From Ostrea edulis (taxonomy: Eukaryota), in NCBI RefSeq assembly GCF_947568905.1, contig NC_079167.1:56668001-56732000 (forward strand): a DNA stretch of 64,000 nucleotides, given 5' to 3'. Made by a program: the position numbers and the translations under genes. The notes beneath the pieces are model-generated. The model was not told the origin of the DNA, did not search any database, and saw only the letters and a list, made by a program, of their open reading frames with translations. Each line of letters starts with the position of its first letter. The first letter of the stretch is position 1. Shown here in pieces: positions 12,880-26,200 of this stretch.

Positions 12880-13665
12880 GACCCCATCAGGATTATGACT
12901 TAACCAAACTTGAATCCACCAAGAGCTCATAACTTGAAGAAAAAGATAGGAAAAAAAATCCCACATAAATTCAGAAGACTTCGGAATGTTTGCACATTAA
13001 AATGATTTACGTGGCCCTGTGACTTTTATTTTTAAGCTTTCCTACAAATATTCTCGTGTTAAATTTTGAATCCCTATATTAGCCCCACCATAGCCTCAGG
13101 GGCCATGAATTGATGACAAGTGAATCTGCACTACATTGGAGTGCTTGCATAGTTTAAAATATGACTAATCATGGGCAGTGTTTCTTGAGATTTTTTTAAA
13201 AATTAAAAAAATATATTCCCGTGTAAATGTTGACACCCCCCCCCCTCTTGTGACCTCACCCTACTTCCCGAGACTCTGGTTCAGACAAATTTTAATGTAC
13301 TACCTGAGGATGACAGCATACTAATTATGGCCTAGCTGTTCATGAGAAGGTTTTCAAATTTTCTCCCAATATATTCCAATGTAAAATTACCTCGAGATTA
13401 TTGCATATTATGATTAATCTTTTCCTAGTTGCTATTGAGAAATGCGATTCTAACAGATTTTCTCCTATATATTCTTATGTCAAACGTTGATCCTATTGGG
13501 ACCCCATCCTAACCCCACCAATCCACACTCTGGGGGCCATTACTTGAACAAATATGAATCTGCACTACTGAGGACGCATGCTTAATAATGACCCAGTTAG
13601 TTATTGTGACACTAACCCGAACTTGAGTATTGATATGATTAATCATGACCCTGTTGTTCTCGAAA
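12880..13665. repeat. Degenerate Helentron-associated satellite-like repeats
   Basis: Recurring motifs CCCCAC.CTA, CATGA.TT.AACAAACTTGAATC and CACTAC.TGAGGA.GC, related to the reverse complement of the 166-bp monomer. Confidence 0.5.
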
Positions 13666-13669
13666 AAGT

Positions 13670-13939
13670 CCCGTGGGGATCCGGGTTAGAATAAGTCCTC
13701 AGCACCCCTTACTAGTTGTCGTAAGAGGCGACTAAATGGGGCGGTCCATCAGATGACACCGCGAAAACCGAGAACCGAGGCCCCGTGTCACAGCGGGTAC
13801 GACACCATAAAGATCCCTCCCAGCTTAAAGACCGTAAGCCGAGCATAGACCTAAATTTTGCAGCCCTCCTCCGGAAATGGTGACGTCTCTGTATGAGTGA
13901 AAGATTCTCGAGAGGGACGTTAAACAATATACAATCAAT
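13670..13939 (+). mobile_element. 5'-truncated molluscan SINE, probably Meta/MESC-domain type
   Basis: Core GTCGTAAGAGGCGACTAAATGGGG and a (CAAT)n tail; family assigned from recalled mollusc SINE consensus. Confidence 0.55.
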
Positions 13940-15381
13940 TTTGAGAAAAATAGACTTTTAATGTTTCCCCGTTCGTATGTGGATGAGTACGAGTATGTGT
14001 GTGAGTGTGCTTGTAAAACTGAGCTTGTGGACACTCTGAAGACCAATAAAGACCGCATTTTTCTCTTGATTGATTTGTTACTTCACACAAAAAAGAAGAA
14101 CCCTATATTGATTTTGGAGTCAAAGTTCAAGGTCACTACGGGACTTCATAGAAAAAAGTTTGTAGACACTATACAGGCAACACTTGTTGCTCGGTTGATT
14201 TGATACTACGTTCAGCTTTGTTATCCTTATTGAGTTTGAGATTTTTAAAGAGGTCAAGGTCACTATGGAACGTCATGGAAAAGGTTTGTAGACACTCATT
14301 GGCAGGGAATATGCCCCGCCTTGTAGATTTCATACCCACTGAGTCTCGTGATACTTTGAACTAATACTCAGGTGACCGATAAGGCCTGTGGGTCTCTTGT
14401 TAAGAAAACGTACGTACAAGAAACAAATCCTCCAGTTCCCGTTAATTTGAAAATTATATAGCGTCCACACTTTTGTAACATATAGTACTATACCTAGGAT
14501 GTTGAATAAAGGGGGTGCTTCTAACTTTTTCAGCATCTGACAAGATCTATGTATAGTTTAAATCATTAACTACAAGAGTCCTTTTGCTATTTGATTAATT
14601 GGTTTTCCTCTGGGAGTTACATCGTTTTCAGTAGTTTTTTCTTCTCTCTCTGAGAGACTTGCAAGACCAGTTAGAGAGCTGTTTGCTGTCTGTCGCTGTT
14701 GGCGTGCGTAGCGGAAGAAGCGATCCTAGTTTCAATATGGTAACCATGATGAACGAGGAAAACTGATTTATTTCAGGTCCCATAGCGGTGCTGTAAAGTA
14801 CATCCATGTATACTGTACTGATCGTACGGATTGATACGAATTCCAATATTGCCATCACAGCGTTTGATTGGCTGAGACAAAATCGACTTGTTCCTCCAGT
14901 AGTCCAGGAAATGATTAGTCTCTTTTTTTTTAAGGATATGTGCCATTCATGATGGCTGATTTGTGCTAGTTTACATTTTGTCGTCTTTTTGTTGAGTTTT
15001 GTAGTCTTTTGGCCTCGGAATAGTGAGAAGACTACAAATAGTAAAATAGAATAAATCAGCCACCATACTCATTGCCAGTTCTCACTCAGTATATCTTAGA
15101 AATATCAATTTTCAACATTTCATTTAATCCAATAGTCACACCACAACTATTTAACGCGAGGATATCATACTCACCGGCTGCCTCATGTCATACATCATCT
15201 TATCTGCGCTGTTGTATCGAGCATTTACACAAACGTCAGAACTAATTATCTAAATGTTACAAATCTACTCAATAACATCCAATTTACACGAGTCGGAATA
15301 AAAGGCTAGTCTCTGTTGAGACGGTAGTTCTATTGGTATATAAATCATTCTCCATATTCTCCTTTTATCTTTAAAGCAAAA

Positions 15382-15383
<2 letters not shown>

Positions 15384-15458
<75 letters not shown>
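15384..15458. repeat. Compound (GT)n(GA)n microsatellite
   Basis: Direct reading. Confidence 0.95.
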
Positions 15459-15461
<3 letters not shown>

Positions 15462-15681
15462 CGTTTTCATAACAATGTATTGTATTGAAGTTCTAAACTA
15501 TCAGACTATTGATGTTTTCAAATCCCAAACTATCAGACTCTTTGTACAGTAGAAATCTTCCCAAGAACCACCAGGCTACAATTTTCCAAAGCAATATGAA
15601 AGCATCTTAATAATGCATGGATTTAATTTTGTTCAAACCACTGAATTCAGAATGGGTATCAGGAGAAATCATACACTGGAA

Positions 15682-16420
15682 AACTCGTACCCAAAATTTT
15701 GGGTACGAGTTCTCCAAGAGAATATTTAGGTACGAGTTTTGCTGGAGAAAATCTTTGTCACTTTATCAAATAGAAATATGGGTACGAGTTCTCCCGGAGA
15801 AAAACTTTGTCAATTTTATTTTTAAAATCCGGGTACAGGTTCTCCAGAAGAAAAACTTTGTCATTTTATCATATAAATCTGGGTATGAGCTCTCCCGGAG
15901 AAAAACTTTATTTCATCTGATAAATCTGGGTATGAGTTCTCCCGGAGAAAAACTATGTCATTTTATCTGAAAACTATGGGTGCGAGTTCTCCCTGTGAAG
16001 GAAAATTTGTCATTTTATCAAATAAAAATCTGGGTACGAGTTCTACCGGAGAAGAACTCTGTCATTTTATCATATAGATTCTCCTGGAGAAAAACTTCGA
16101 CATTATACATGTATAGTAATCGGTATTTTGATACGAATTCATCTCACTAAAAATTGTATCATTTTAAGTATTGAATTCTGGGTACGATTTCTTCAGGAGA
16201 CTTTGTACCCAAATTTATATGATAAAACGATAAAAAAAAATTCAGGAGAACTTATACCTAGATTTCCATTTGATAAAATGACAACTTTTTTTCTCCAGAA
16301 GAACTCGTACCCAGATTTTTGACAAAAATGACAATGTTTTTATCTCCGTACTCAAATTTATATGATAAAATGACGAAATCTCTTGGAGAATTCGTGCCCA
16401 AAATTCTGAGTACAAGATCT
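15682..16420. repeat. Degenerate ~50-bp tandem array with inverted copies at both ends
   Basis: GGGTACGAGTTCTCC.GGAGAAAAACTTTGTCATTTTATC recurs at ~15701, 15780, 15830, 15880, 15927, 15977 and 16031; inverted copies occur at 15682 and 16200-16410. Confidence 0.75.
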
Positions 16421-17338
16421 CCTGGATAGGGGTTCCCCAGAAGTCCCAGGTTGGGACCATAGAAACACAGTTGGGGGTGAAAACTACCGGTAGTCTTCAA
16501 TATTTCTCACAAAATTAACAAGAAAATAATTTGTAAAACTGACAGGAAAACATTATGATTTTATGGATTAAAATTTGTTTTAACTATGATGCCAGGGACT
16601 AGAGTGGGGCCAAAGGAGGGGTACAAAGAATTGCATTCCTCTACTTCATATACAGTGTCGTTTAATGTCATCATTTCACAAATTCTATAGTCATTGTAAT
16701 GATCTCATTTACAAATACAGCTTGTCATCAGGTCGAATGTTGTCTGACATGGTTTCAAACCGTTCTTTTCATACTGATTTTGACTAGAGATTACTCTTGA
16801 TCAAGGCAGAGGGCTCTTGGCGTCGTTACTGGTCAACAAGGGATGCTTACTCCTCCTAGGCACCAGGTTCTACCTCTAAATACATAATGTATGGCATTCA
16901 TGAGACTGATCACACTGGGGTGTTTTTTCATTTAGGAAAAGTCTTTTTTTCTCTCTCTCTCTCTCTAGCCGATCAAACCTACTAAATGAGGACGTCCTCA
17001 CAATGTGTAGAAGATAATACACACATACATTATTTAAAGGCAAAAAAGTACTATGTTAGGTATAGCTATAGGGATATCTATAAAAAGTTTATCTAATACT
17101 CTCTTTTGAATTATGAAAAAAGGGGTTTTTGAGAGAGAATATTAGTAAGGACATGTCCTCACACCACTTGTCCTCACTAAGCTAATATTTTGTATAGGTA
17201 CATCTTTCACATGCTGTAGGTCACATACATTTGTGAGGACGTAACTGTGATGACATTTATTTGTCCTCATAGTGCAATTCTTGTCCTCACAACGTCTGTC
17301 CATTGGTTGAAATTTGTCCTCACTTTACACGTTTTACT

Positions 17339-17377
<39 letters not shown>

Positions 17378-17610
17378 GTTTGCATAGATATCCTAAGTGA
17401 ATAATGAAAAAAAAAAGAAGAAGCTGCAAGCACTTCACCAAAGTTTGTTTTAAGGAGGTGGTTAATGAAGGAATATAAATAAATATATTCAATCAAAGTC
17501 TTCTCATAAATAACAATGCTATAGTTTGTTGAAATTACATGCACGTCATCTCAATGACATAATTTCATAATATTCAAACTATGGACACCAGAGCCAGGAT
17601 TGGGCCACGG

Positions 17611-18660
17611 TGTTTATAAAACTTTTACATACCGGCACGTAGATAATCTGTTCGTTTATAAAACGTTTACATACCGGCACGTAGATAATCTGTTTGTTTA
17701 CATACCAGCACGTAGATAATCTGTTCGTTTATAAAACGTTTACATACCGGCACGTAGATTATCTGTTTATAACACATTTACATATCGGTACGTAGACAAT
17801 CTATTTGTTTAAATACCGGCACATAGATAATCTGTTTGTTTACATACAGACAGGTAAATAATTTGTTTGTTTATAATATTTCTACATACGGGTACCTAGA
17901 TACGGTAATCTGTTTGTTTATAAAACTTTTACATACAGATACCTATATATAGATAATCTGTTTACATTCCGGCGCGTAGATAATCCGTTGTTTACATACC
18001 GGCACGTATATCTGTTTGTTTACATACCGGTACGTAGATAATCTGTTTGTTTAAAAAACTTCTATATATCAGTATCTAGATAATCTGTTTGTTTACATAC
18101 CGGCACGTAGATAATATGTTTGCTTATAAAACTTTTACATACCGTCACGTAGGTAATATGTTTGTTTATAAAACATTTGCATACCCGTACGTAGATAATC
18201 TGTTTGTTTATAAAACATTTACACACCGGTACGTAGATAATCTGTTTGTTTATAAAACATTTACATACCGGCACGTAGATAATCTGTTTGTTTATAAAAC
18301 TTTTACATACCGGCACGTAGATAATCTGTTTGTTTATAAAACTTTTACATACTGTCACGTAGATAATCTGTTTATAAAACGTTTACATACCGGCACGTAG
18401 ATAATCTGTTTATAAAACATTTACATACCGGCACGTAGATAATATGTTTGGTTATAAAACTTTTACATATCCGTACGTAGATAATATGTTTACATACCGG
18501 CACGTAGATAATCTGTTTGTTTACATACAGGCACGTAAATAATCTGTTAGTTTATAAAACTTTTACAGACTTGTACGTAGGTAATCTGTTTGTTTACATA
18601 CTGGTACCTAGATGATCTGTTTATAAAACCTTTACAGACAGTTGCGTAGATAATCTGTTA
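17611..18660. repeat. Minisatellite, 42-bp unit with shorter (~30 and 38 bp) variants
   Basis: Unit ACATACCGGCACGTAGATAATCTGTTTGTTTATAAAACTTTT; period 42 at 18241/18283. Confidence 0.9.
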
Positions 18661-19453
18661 TTTAACATTCCCCAAAACACGCTCAAAACTACAATTTTTT
18701 ACAAATAGAACTGGATTTTTTGAAGGGTTAATTCCTTCCTATATCAACAAATTAATTGCAGTTTTCTTTTAAAAATATAGATTTTCATTAGTTTGGGCAA
18801 TGGGTCTTTTTAGCTCACCTAAGCAGAAGGCTCATGTGTGGTTTTATGATCAAATTCTATTCATATATTTTTCACTTCTCAGAACCAATGGGGCATTTTT
18901 TTTCCAACCGGACTTGCTACAAAGTGTCCTTGGTTGAACAGGATTCATATTCGTTAAAATGAACAACAATGTCTTTCTCTAGGGGGAAATAACAGGGACA
19001 CGGTGAAAAATAAGGTGGATGTTTCAAATTCTGCTTTATTCAATACCAAGAGTTGTAACAATACTGCTCAGAACAAATACCTTACAAGTGCAGACTATAC
19101 AGGACAATACAATATTTCAGATTGGAACCTTGTAGCACAATTGTATCAGTTACCAGGGTATTCGTTTTATATTTGAAAAGAAAGCAGCAAATCATTCCTA
19201 GATATACACATTACATGCTACTTTGATGGTTCTTAAATATGTCTCAGGTATCATACAGGCATAGATTGGAAGATTTTATATTTGACATGCAAAAAATTGC
19301 AATATGCCACATAACAATTGAAGTAACAGTAAGGGCGAGTTCGATTGCCCCTGAATCAGCATTTGGTCAGTTCAGTCATGTGGTTGTTGATCTTATGCTG
19401 TGACGTGAGCGTGGGCACATTGGCTCATGCTATTTCCCTAGTTTCTTTATATA

Positions 19454-19671
19454 CTGTGGAATCATTTTAATTCGTGTGGGCCAATGTTCGTGGGTAGACA
19501 AAATTTTGCTGGTTTGTGGGGACGTAATTTTGTGGGTGAGCGATACAATGTCACTAGGAAAGATAACTCTGATTGATTTAAAAAATGTTTGAGGACACGT
19601 AAATTCATGGGCAAGAGTGACCTACGAAATCCACGAACATCAATTCCCCACGAACAATGATGATTCCACAG
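19454..19671. mobile_element. MITE, same family as 2235-2452
   Basis: TA-CTGTGGAATCA...TGATTCCACAG-TA. Confidence 0.75.
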
Positions 19672-20275
19672 TAAATATCAGGAACGCCTCCTCATGTAAT
19701 GTAATCTTCAGATTGTTCTAACTATGACTCCTGGGGCTCAATATTAGACCACAAAGCAGGGTTTAAAGCTCATCATTAATGAAGCAAATGTTGGAACCAA
19801 AATTGAAAACTGTAAATATTTCTTAAACAATGATTATTAATTATAATTTGAGTCATGACCTTGTGACCTCAAAATAGGGATCATTTGCTCCTTAGGTAGA
19901 ATCACTGTACCATGTTTAATGTCTGTCAACAAAAAAGGGTTCTCAAGATATTGAGCAGACAATATCTTACTGTGTCCAGTGGCATTTTGACCCTTGACCT
20001 TGTGACCCTAATATGTTTGGTTCTGTCAAGCAAAGGGTTCATAAGATATTGAGCGGTCCACAGACCACTTTTATTTCTGTGGCAATTTTGATTCGGCATA
20101 ATTGAATTGTGTGCTCCTTCTTGTGTAAATTTCTGAATTTCATCTCTGAACAGTAAATACAATGTACACAAAAAGGATAAGATTGTACAACTAAAATCCA
20201 GTATAGAAGGTAGGTGAGCAGAGACTGACTATAAAATCATACACAAACTTCATGTTGAATCAAAATGGTTTATTG

Positions 20276-23200
20276 TTAACTCTGAACTGTCTTTAACTTG
20301 GCCAAACCATCAGCATATTGAAACTGTGCACTGTTCTCGTATTCACTGATATCTAGTGCCACAAGACAGCTCTCTTTAACCACTCGTTCATTGTCTTTCA
20401 GGTATTCCTCTAACATCCTGGTGCATTCTGGGGTAGCAATAGATCCAAGGGCCTCCGCACACTCATGTCTCACCATGGGGTTCTCCTCCCTATCCTGAAG
20501 GTTAGTTTTTAGTTCATCTACACAAGCATCACTCTGAATTTGACCAAGGACATAAGCAATTTCATGGCGAAATAGGGCACTGGTACATTTGAGCCCTGCA
20601 ATCAAATAAAAATTCTATTGCATTACAGGTATAAGGTAAGTGCAAAACATTCATCAAACTTGAATTACATTTTGTATTTTAAAATAGCAACTTGAAGAAA
20701 ACGTGCAATTTTATTATTAATGTGAGATCCATTATTATTAGTTTTATTGCATAATGGATGCTCTTACATAAGCCTTAAAGGCTTTTCTTAATACCAACGA
20801 CTGAGAAGAAAGTTTAAATGAGGATACATGTATGTGCATTTGCAATAATGCTTCAGTATTCCTTTGTTATATTTACATACCAAAACAAAATAGCTTCAAC
20901 TTTCAATGAAGTTTTTTGGAGGTGTAAGGTCATAAGATCAGATACTGATTCAAATCATACAATAAAAAATATGCTCAGTGTGTAACAAAAATCTATCAGT
21001 AGCTAAGAAAGGAAAGCTAGTTCATTATTTTTGCAAAACAAATCCACAACAACATAATTAGCTACAAGTAGTTGTGAAACACAAGTCTGCATCCCATATA
21101 TAATTCCTCAAAGTTTAAAACTTTGATTGGGCCTCCCCTTTTACTCTGTCACAACTATGCACATTTAGATACACACACTTTTTCAGAATGATGACAACAG
21201 AATTTCTTAGTATAGAAATTTTAAAACATGCATATTCAGCATAACATAAGCTGGATTTGGAAGGACTTTGTCTGCAGTGTGTCTACCGGGTCAACGTATC
21301 ATCATGGTGTATGGCAGTTGGTTAGTGTCACATTTTTAAAACTTCTAATGCATATATAAAAGAATGAAATAACAACCATTCCTTAATCTTCACTTAGCTA
21401 TGAAGTGAGGCAGTATGTGATCAAATCTATTAAGAATCCTTAGGGATTCACAAGATTCGATCACATGGCCATCCAACTTCATATCACATGAAGTTTTTAG
21501 ATTGATTATCTATTTCTTATGTAATAATTCAATTTACATCTTTTTCTTAATTTGTACATAACATCTTTTCTGTACCGATACAGATTATTGCAAAATTTGT
21601 GATACATATAAATGTACATCATTACACAACAAATGAACAATCTACTAAAATGAATTTGTTCATTTGTTGTGTATTGATGTACATTTATATGTATCACAAA
21701 TTTTGCAATAATCTGTATCTGTACAGAAAAGATGTTGTGTACAAATTAAGAAAAAGATGTAAATTATCTACTAAAATGAGTTGAAATCGAGAACAACACA
21801 GTCAAATTAATTAGTATAAATCAGTTTATAGCAATTTTTCACAGATCCTAACAAACATAAACAATTTCTCTGTTAAATCGCAGAATCTCTAAAACTGAGA
21901 TAAAAAGGAGGACTATAAACCGATGATCGGACATTTCTATTATAAACTATCCACCAGTATACTCCCTGTCTGACAACACGACACCTTCAGTCAACTTGTA
22001 TTTACTAAAGTGATGTTGTTTTACACAGTTTCACTTGAGTATTACAGTAATTTATTTGTACTACATGACATATTCATTATTTAGGTTTAGTCGTAGATAG
22101 GACATTCTCACATATTCAATTTATACATGTAGTTGCTATCGTTATTCATGAATGAATTCGAATTTCCTTGAAGTTGTTTAACTTCATAACAAAGAGTCTG
22201 ATCTCGTTATGTTTCACCTAGAGTCTTGATCCCATTGATTATTTTGTCGTATGTCTGTTCCTCATTATCTCCCATTAAAAAAAATCCAGTACAGAAGTAA
22301 AGCAGTGTGATTTACAAACTCTAAAACCCAGTCATCTATCTGGAAAGCACACTGCTTGTGAAATGTACAAATGTTCATAAGGTGACAACAGGGAAAATAT
22401 AATATTACTGACATAAAGAGTGTTGAATCTCTTCAGTGGTTAAAACACTGGCTGTGTGGTGTATATGGTGAAGATTTTGAGCCTAGATGTTATATATGCT
22501 ACCCAAAAATTTTCATCATCTATTCTTCCTGATAATTTCTTTGAATTTCATTTAGATGACTAAAGTTCTCTACCTTTTGCTAATATTCACACAGGGCTTA
22601 CAAATTACCTTTAGCCAGCACTTTCACAGCTTCCTTTGTTCCTAGATTTCTGAGAGAAAACATGGCCCTGTATCTCTGGAAAATGGGGAGAGACTCATCC
22701 AACAAAATCTTCTCCAATTCCACAATCTCCATTTTCCCTGTGGAGGGAGCCGGGTCCACAGACTTATAAGGATTTGGTAGTAAGTTATTCTCATTATCCT
22801 TGCTGCTATTTAGCCAATTCAGTCTCTGGAGGGCTAACTGACAGGTTTCTGCAACCTATACAATAATGAAAATCAGATTTAAAGATAGAAATTAGAAACT
22901 AAAACTTTTGAAAGCGTCTTAAATTTCTATAAGAATAAGTATGAATTTTACATATATTTAATTTCTCCCATAATCATAACCAAAAAGCTAAACTGCTAAT
23001 GATTTTGTTCCCCAAAAGTTTTTAATATTTGTTGCTTCCCCCCCCCCCCCCCCCCCCCCCAGTGAAAATCAGAATTATCATTGTATATTATTGTATAAGA
23101 TATTCTATGCTATACTGTTTGCTTTTATTAATGCAAAAATATGACCCTCTGACTCCTCCATGCCACATTTGAATACTATTACATCTATCAGACCAAGACC

Positions 23201-26200
23201 AACCATAAACATTTCTGTCACACTTTATATCCATCTGATTTAAAATTTGTAGCAGCAACTGCATTTAGAAACACCCAAGGAAATTCCCATAGTTATTTGG
23301 GAATAGGTCCCATACCCCTCAGAATAGAAAGTCTATGATGTTTGATAGAAAAATTCATAATTGGAAAATTCATGTTGTCAAATGCATGACAATTTTCAAT
23401 TAATAAAACACTCATAAAGAAAATCAAAATTGAACAGATGTTGGCCGCGAAACCATAAAAATTGGCTTAGTATCAAATACACCATACTAATGATTTTACC
23501 ACAAAAATGTCCTCCAGGACGTCTGCTCCCTGGAACTGATTAACCTTTTTTCAATATCCTCAATACTTTTCTCATATGGAGTCATTAAATGTTGTGTTTT
23601 ACAAATTTTCCCAGTACTTTAATGTTATGCTTAAGATACTGAATCATGTAGAAATAATAAGTATGTATGATTACATGTAGTTATATCATATTTAGACGTA
23701 AGGGAAACAGTCAATTTCTAATTTTGTGTTTTGTTGTGCATCGATAAATAAAACATAATAAGCCAAGATGTTTTAAAGATGAATGGTTTTGTTATGTATT
23801 ATATTATGCCTTTTAAATCAACATTATTACACCTTTGTTTTGCATTATTTATTACACTTTTGTTTAACATTATTACACCTTTCATTAGCGCTATATGCTT
23901 TTGCCTCACATTATCATGCCTTTATCTTGTGTTATAATGCCTTTGATTCGCATTATTATGCCTTTAGCAATATTTTTTGTTTTTTAAAATGATCCTTATT
24001 GGCCTTCGTAGTTATTTAACCAAAGAGACTTGATTAATCATTTGTCTCCCATAGAGAAAAGGGGGGGGGGGGGGGGGGGGGGGCATGAATTTTATAAGTT
24101 TTAATTTTCATGATAAGATATGATTGTTAGTTCTGAAAATGATGCAGCAATGAGCTGGCCTTATACTCTGAAGTAAAGGATGGTTACGTGTATTGGTAGT
24201 CTGAAGATGGTTACTATTGGTAGTCTGAAGTAAAGGATGGTTACGTGTATTGGTAGTTGGTAGTCTGAAGTAAAGGATGGTTATGTGTATTGGTAGTCTG
24301 AAGTAAAGGATGGTTACGTGTATTGGTAGTCTGATGTAAAGGATGGTTACGTGTATTGGTAGTCTGAAGTAAAGGATGGTTACTATTGGTAGTCTGAAGT
24401 AAAGGATGGTTACGTGTATTGGTAGTCTGAAGTAAAGGATGGTTACTATTGGTAGTCTGAAGTAAAGGATGGTTACGTGTATTGGTAGTCTGAAGTAAAG
24501 GATGGTTATTATTGGTAGTCTGAAGTAAAGGATGGTTACTATTGGTAGTCTGAAGTAATGGATGGTTACGTGTATTGGTAGTCTGATGTAAAGGATGGTT
24601 ACTATTGGTAGTCTGAAGTAAAGGATGGTTACGTGTATTGGTAGTCTGAAGTAAAGGATGGTTATTATTGGTAGTCTGAAGTAAAGGATGGTTACTATTG
24701 GTAGTCTGAAGTAATGGATGGTTACGTGTATTGGTAGTCTGATGTAAAGGATGGTTACGTGTATTGGTACTCTGAAGTAAAGGATGGTTACTATTGGTAG
24801 TCTGAAGTAAAGGATGGTTACGTGTATTGGTACTCTGAAGTAAAGGATGGTTATGTGTATTGGTAGTCTGAAGTAATGGATGGTTATGTGTATTGGTAGT
24901 CTGAAGTAAAGGATGGTTACTATTGGTAGTCTGAAGTAAAGGATGGTTACATGTATTGGTACTCTGAAGTAAAGGATGGTTACATGTATTGGTACTCTGA
25001 AGTAAAGGATGGTTACTATTGGTAGTCTGAAGTAAAGGATGGTTATGTGTATTGGTAGTCTGAAGTAAAGGATGGTTACTATTGGTAGTCTGAAGTAAAG
25101 GATGGTTACTATTGGTAGTCTGAAGTAAAGGATGGTTATGTGTATTGGTAGTCTGAAGTAAAGGATGGTTACTATTGGTACTCTGAAGTAAAGGATGGTT
25201 ATGTGTATTGGTACTCTGAAGTAAAGGATGGTTACTATTGGTAGTCTGATGTAAAGGATGGTTACGTGTATTGGTAGTCTGAAGTAAAGGATGGTTACAT
25301 GTATTGGTAGTCTGAAGTAAAGGATGGTTACTATTGGTAGTCTGAAGTAAAGGATGGTTACGTGTATTGGTAGTCTGAAGTAAAGGATGGTTATGTGTAT
25401 TGGTAGTCTGAAGTAAAGGATGGTTACTATTGGTAGTCTGATGTAAAGGATGGCTATGTGTATTGGTAGTCTGAAGTAAAGGATGGTTACTATTGGTAGT
25501 CTGATGTAAAGGATGGTTACGTGTATTGGTAGTCTGAAGTAAAGGATGGTTACGTGTATTGGTAGTGTGATGTAAAGGATGGTTATGTGTATTGGTAGTC
25601 TGATGTAAAGGATGGTTACGTGTATTGGTAGTCTGAAGTAAAGGATGGTTATGTGTATTGGTAGTCTGAAGTAAAGGATGGTTACATGTATTGGTAGTCT
25701 GATGTAAAGGATGGTTACTATTGGTAGTCTGAAGTAAAGGATGGTTACGTGTATTGGTAGTGTGATGTAAAGGATGGTTATGTGTATTGGTAGTGTGATG
25801 TAAAGGATGGTTATGTGTATTGGTACTCTGAAGTAAAGGATGGTTATGTGTATTGGTAGTCTGAAGTAAAGGATGGTTATGTGTATTGGTAGTGTGATGT
25901 AAAGGATGGTTACTATTGGTAGTGTGATGTAAAGGATGGTTACTATTGGTAGTCTGAAGTAAAGGATGGTTACGTGTATTGGTAGTCTGAAGTAAAGGAT
26001 GGTTATGTGTATTGGTAGTGTGATGTAAAGGATGGTTACTATTGGTAGTGTGATGTAAAGGATGGTTACTATTGGTAGTCTGAAGTAAAGGATGGTTACG
26101 TGTATTGGTAGTCTGAAGTAAAGGATGGTTATGTGTATTGGTAGTCTGAAGTAAAGGATGGTTACTATTGGTAGTCTGATGTAAAGGATGGCTATGTGTA

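Noticed and set aside
21506-21784. Two similar ORFs on opposite strands
   Set aside because: A consequence of the 110-bp inverted repeat.
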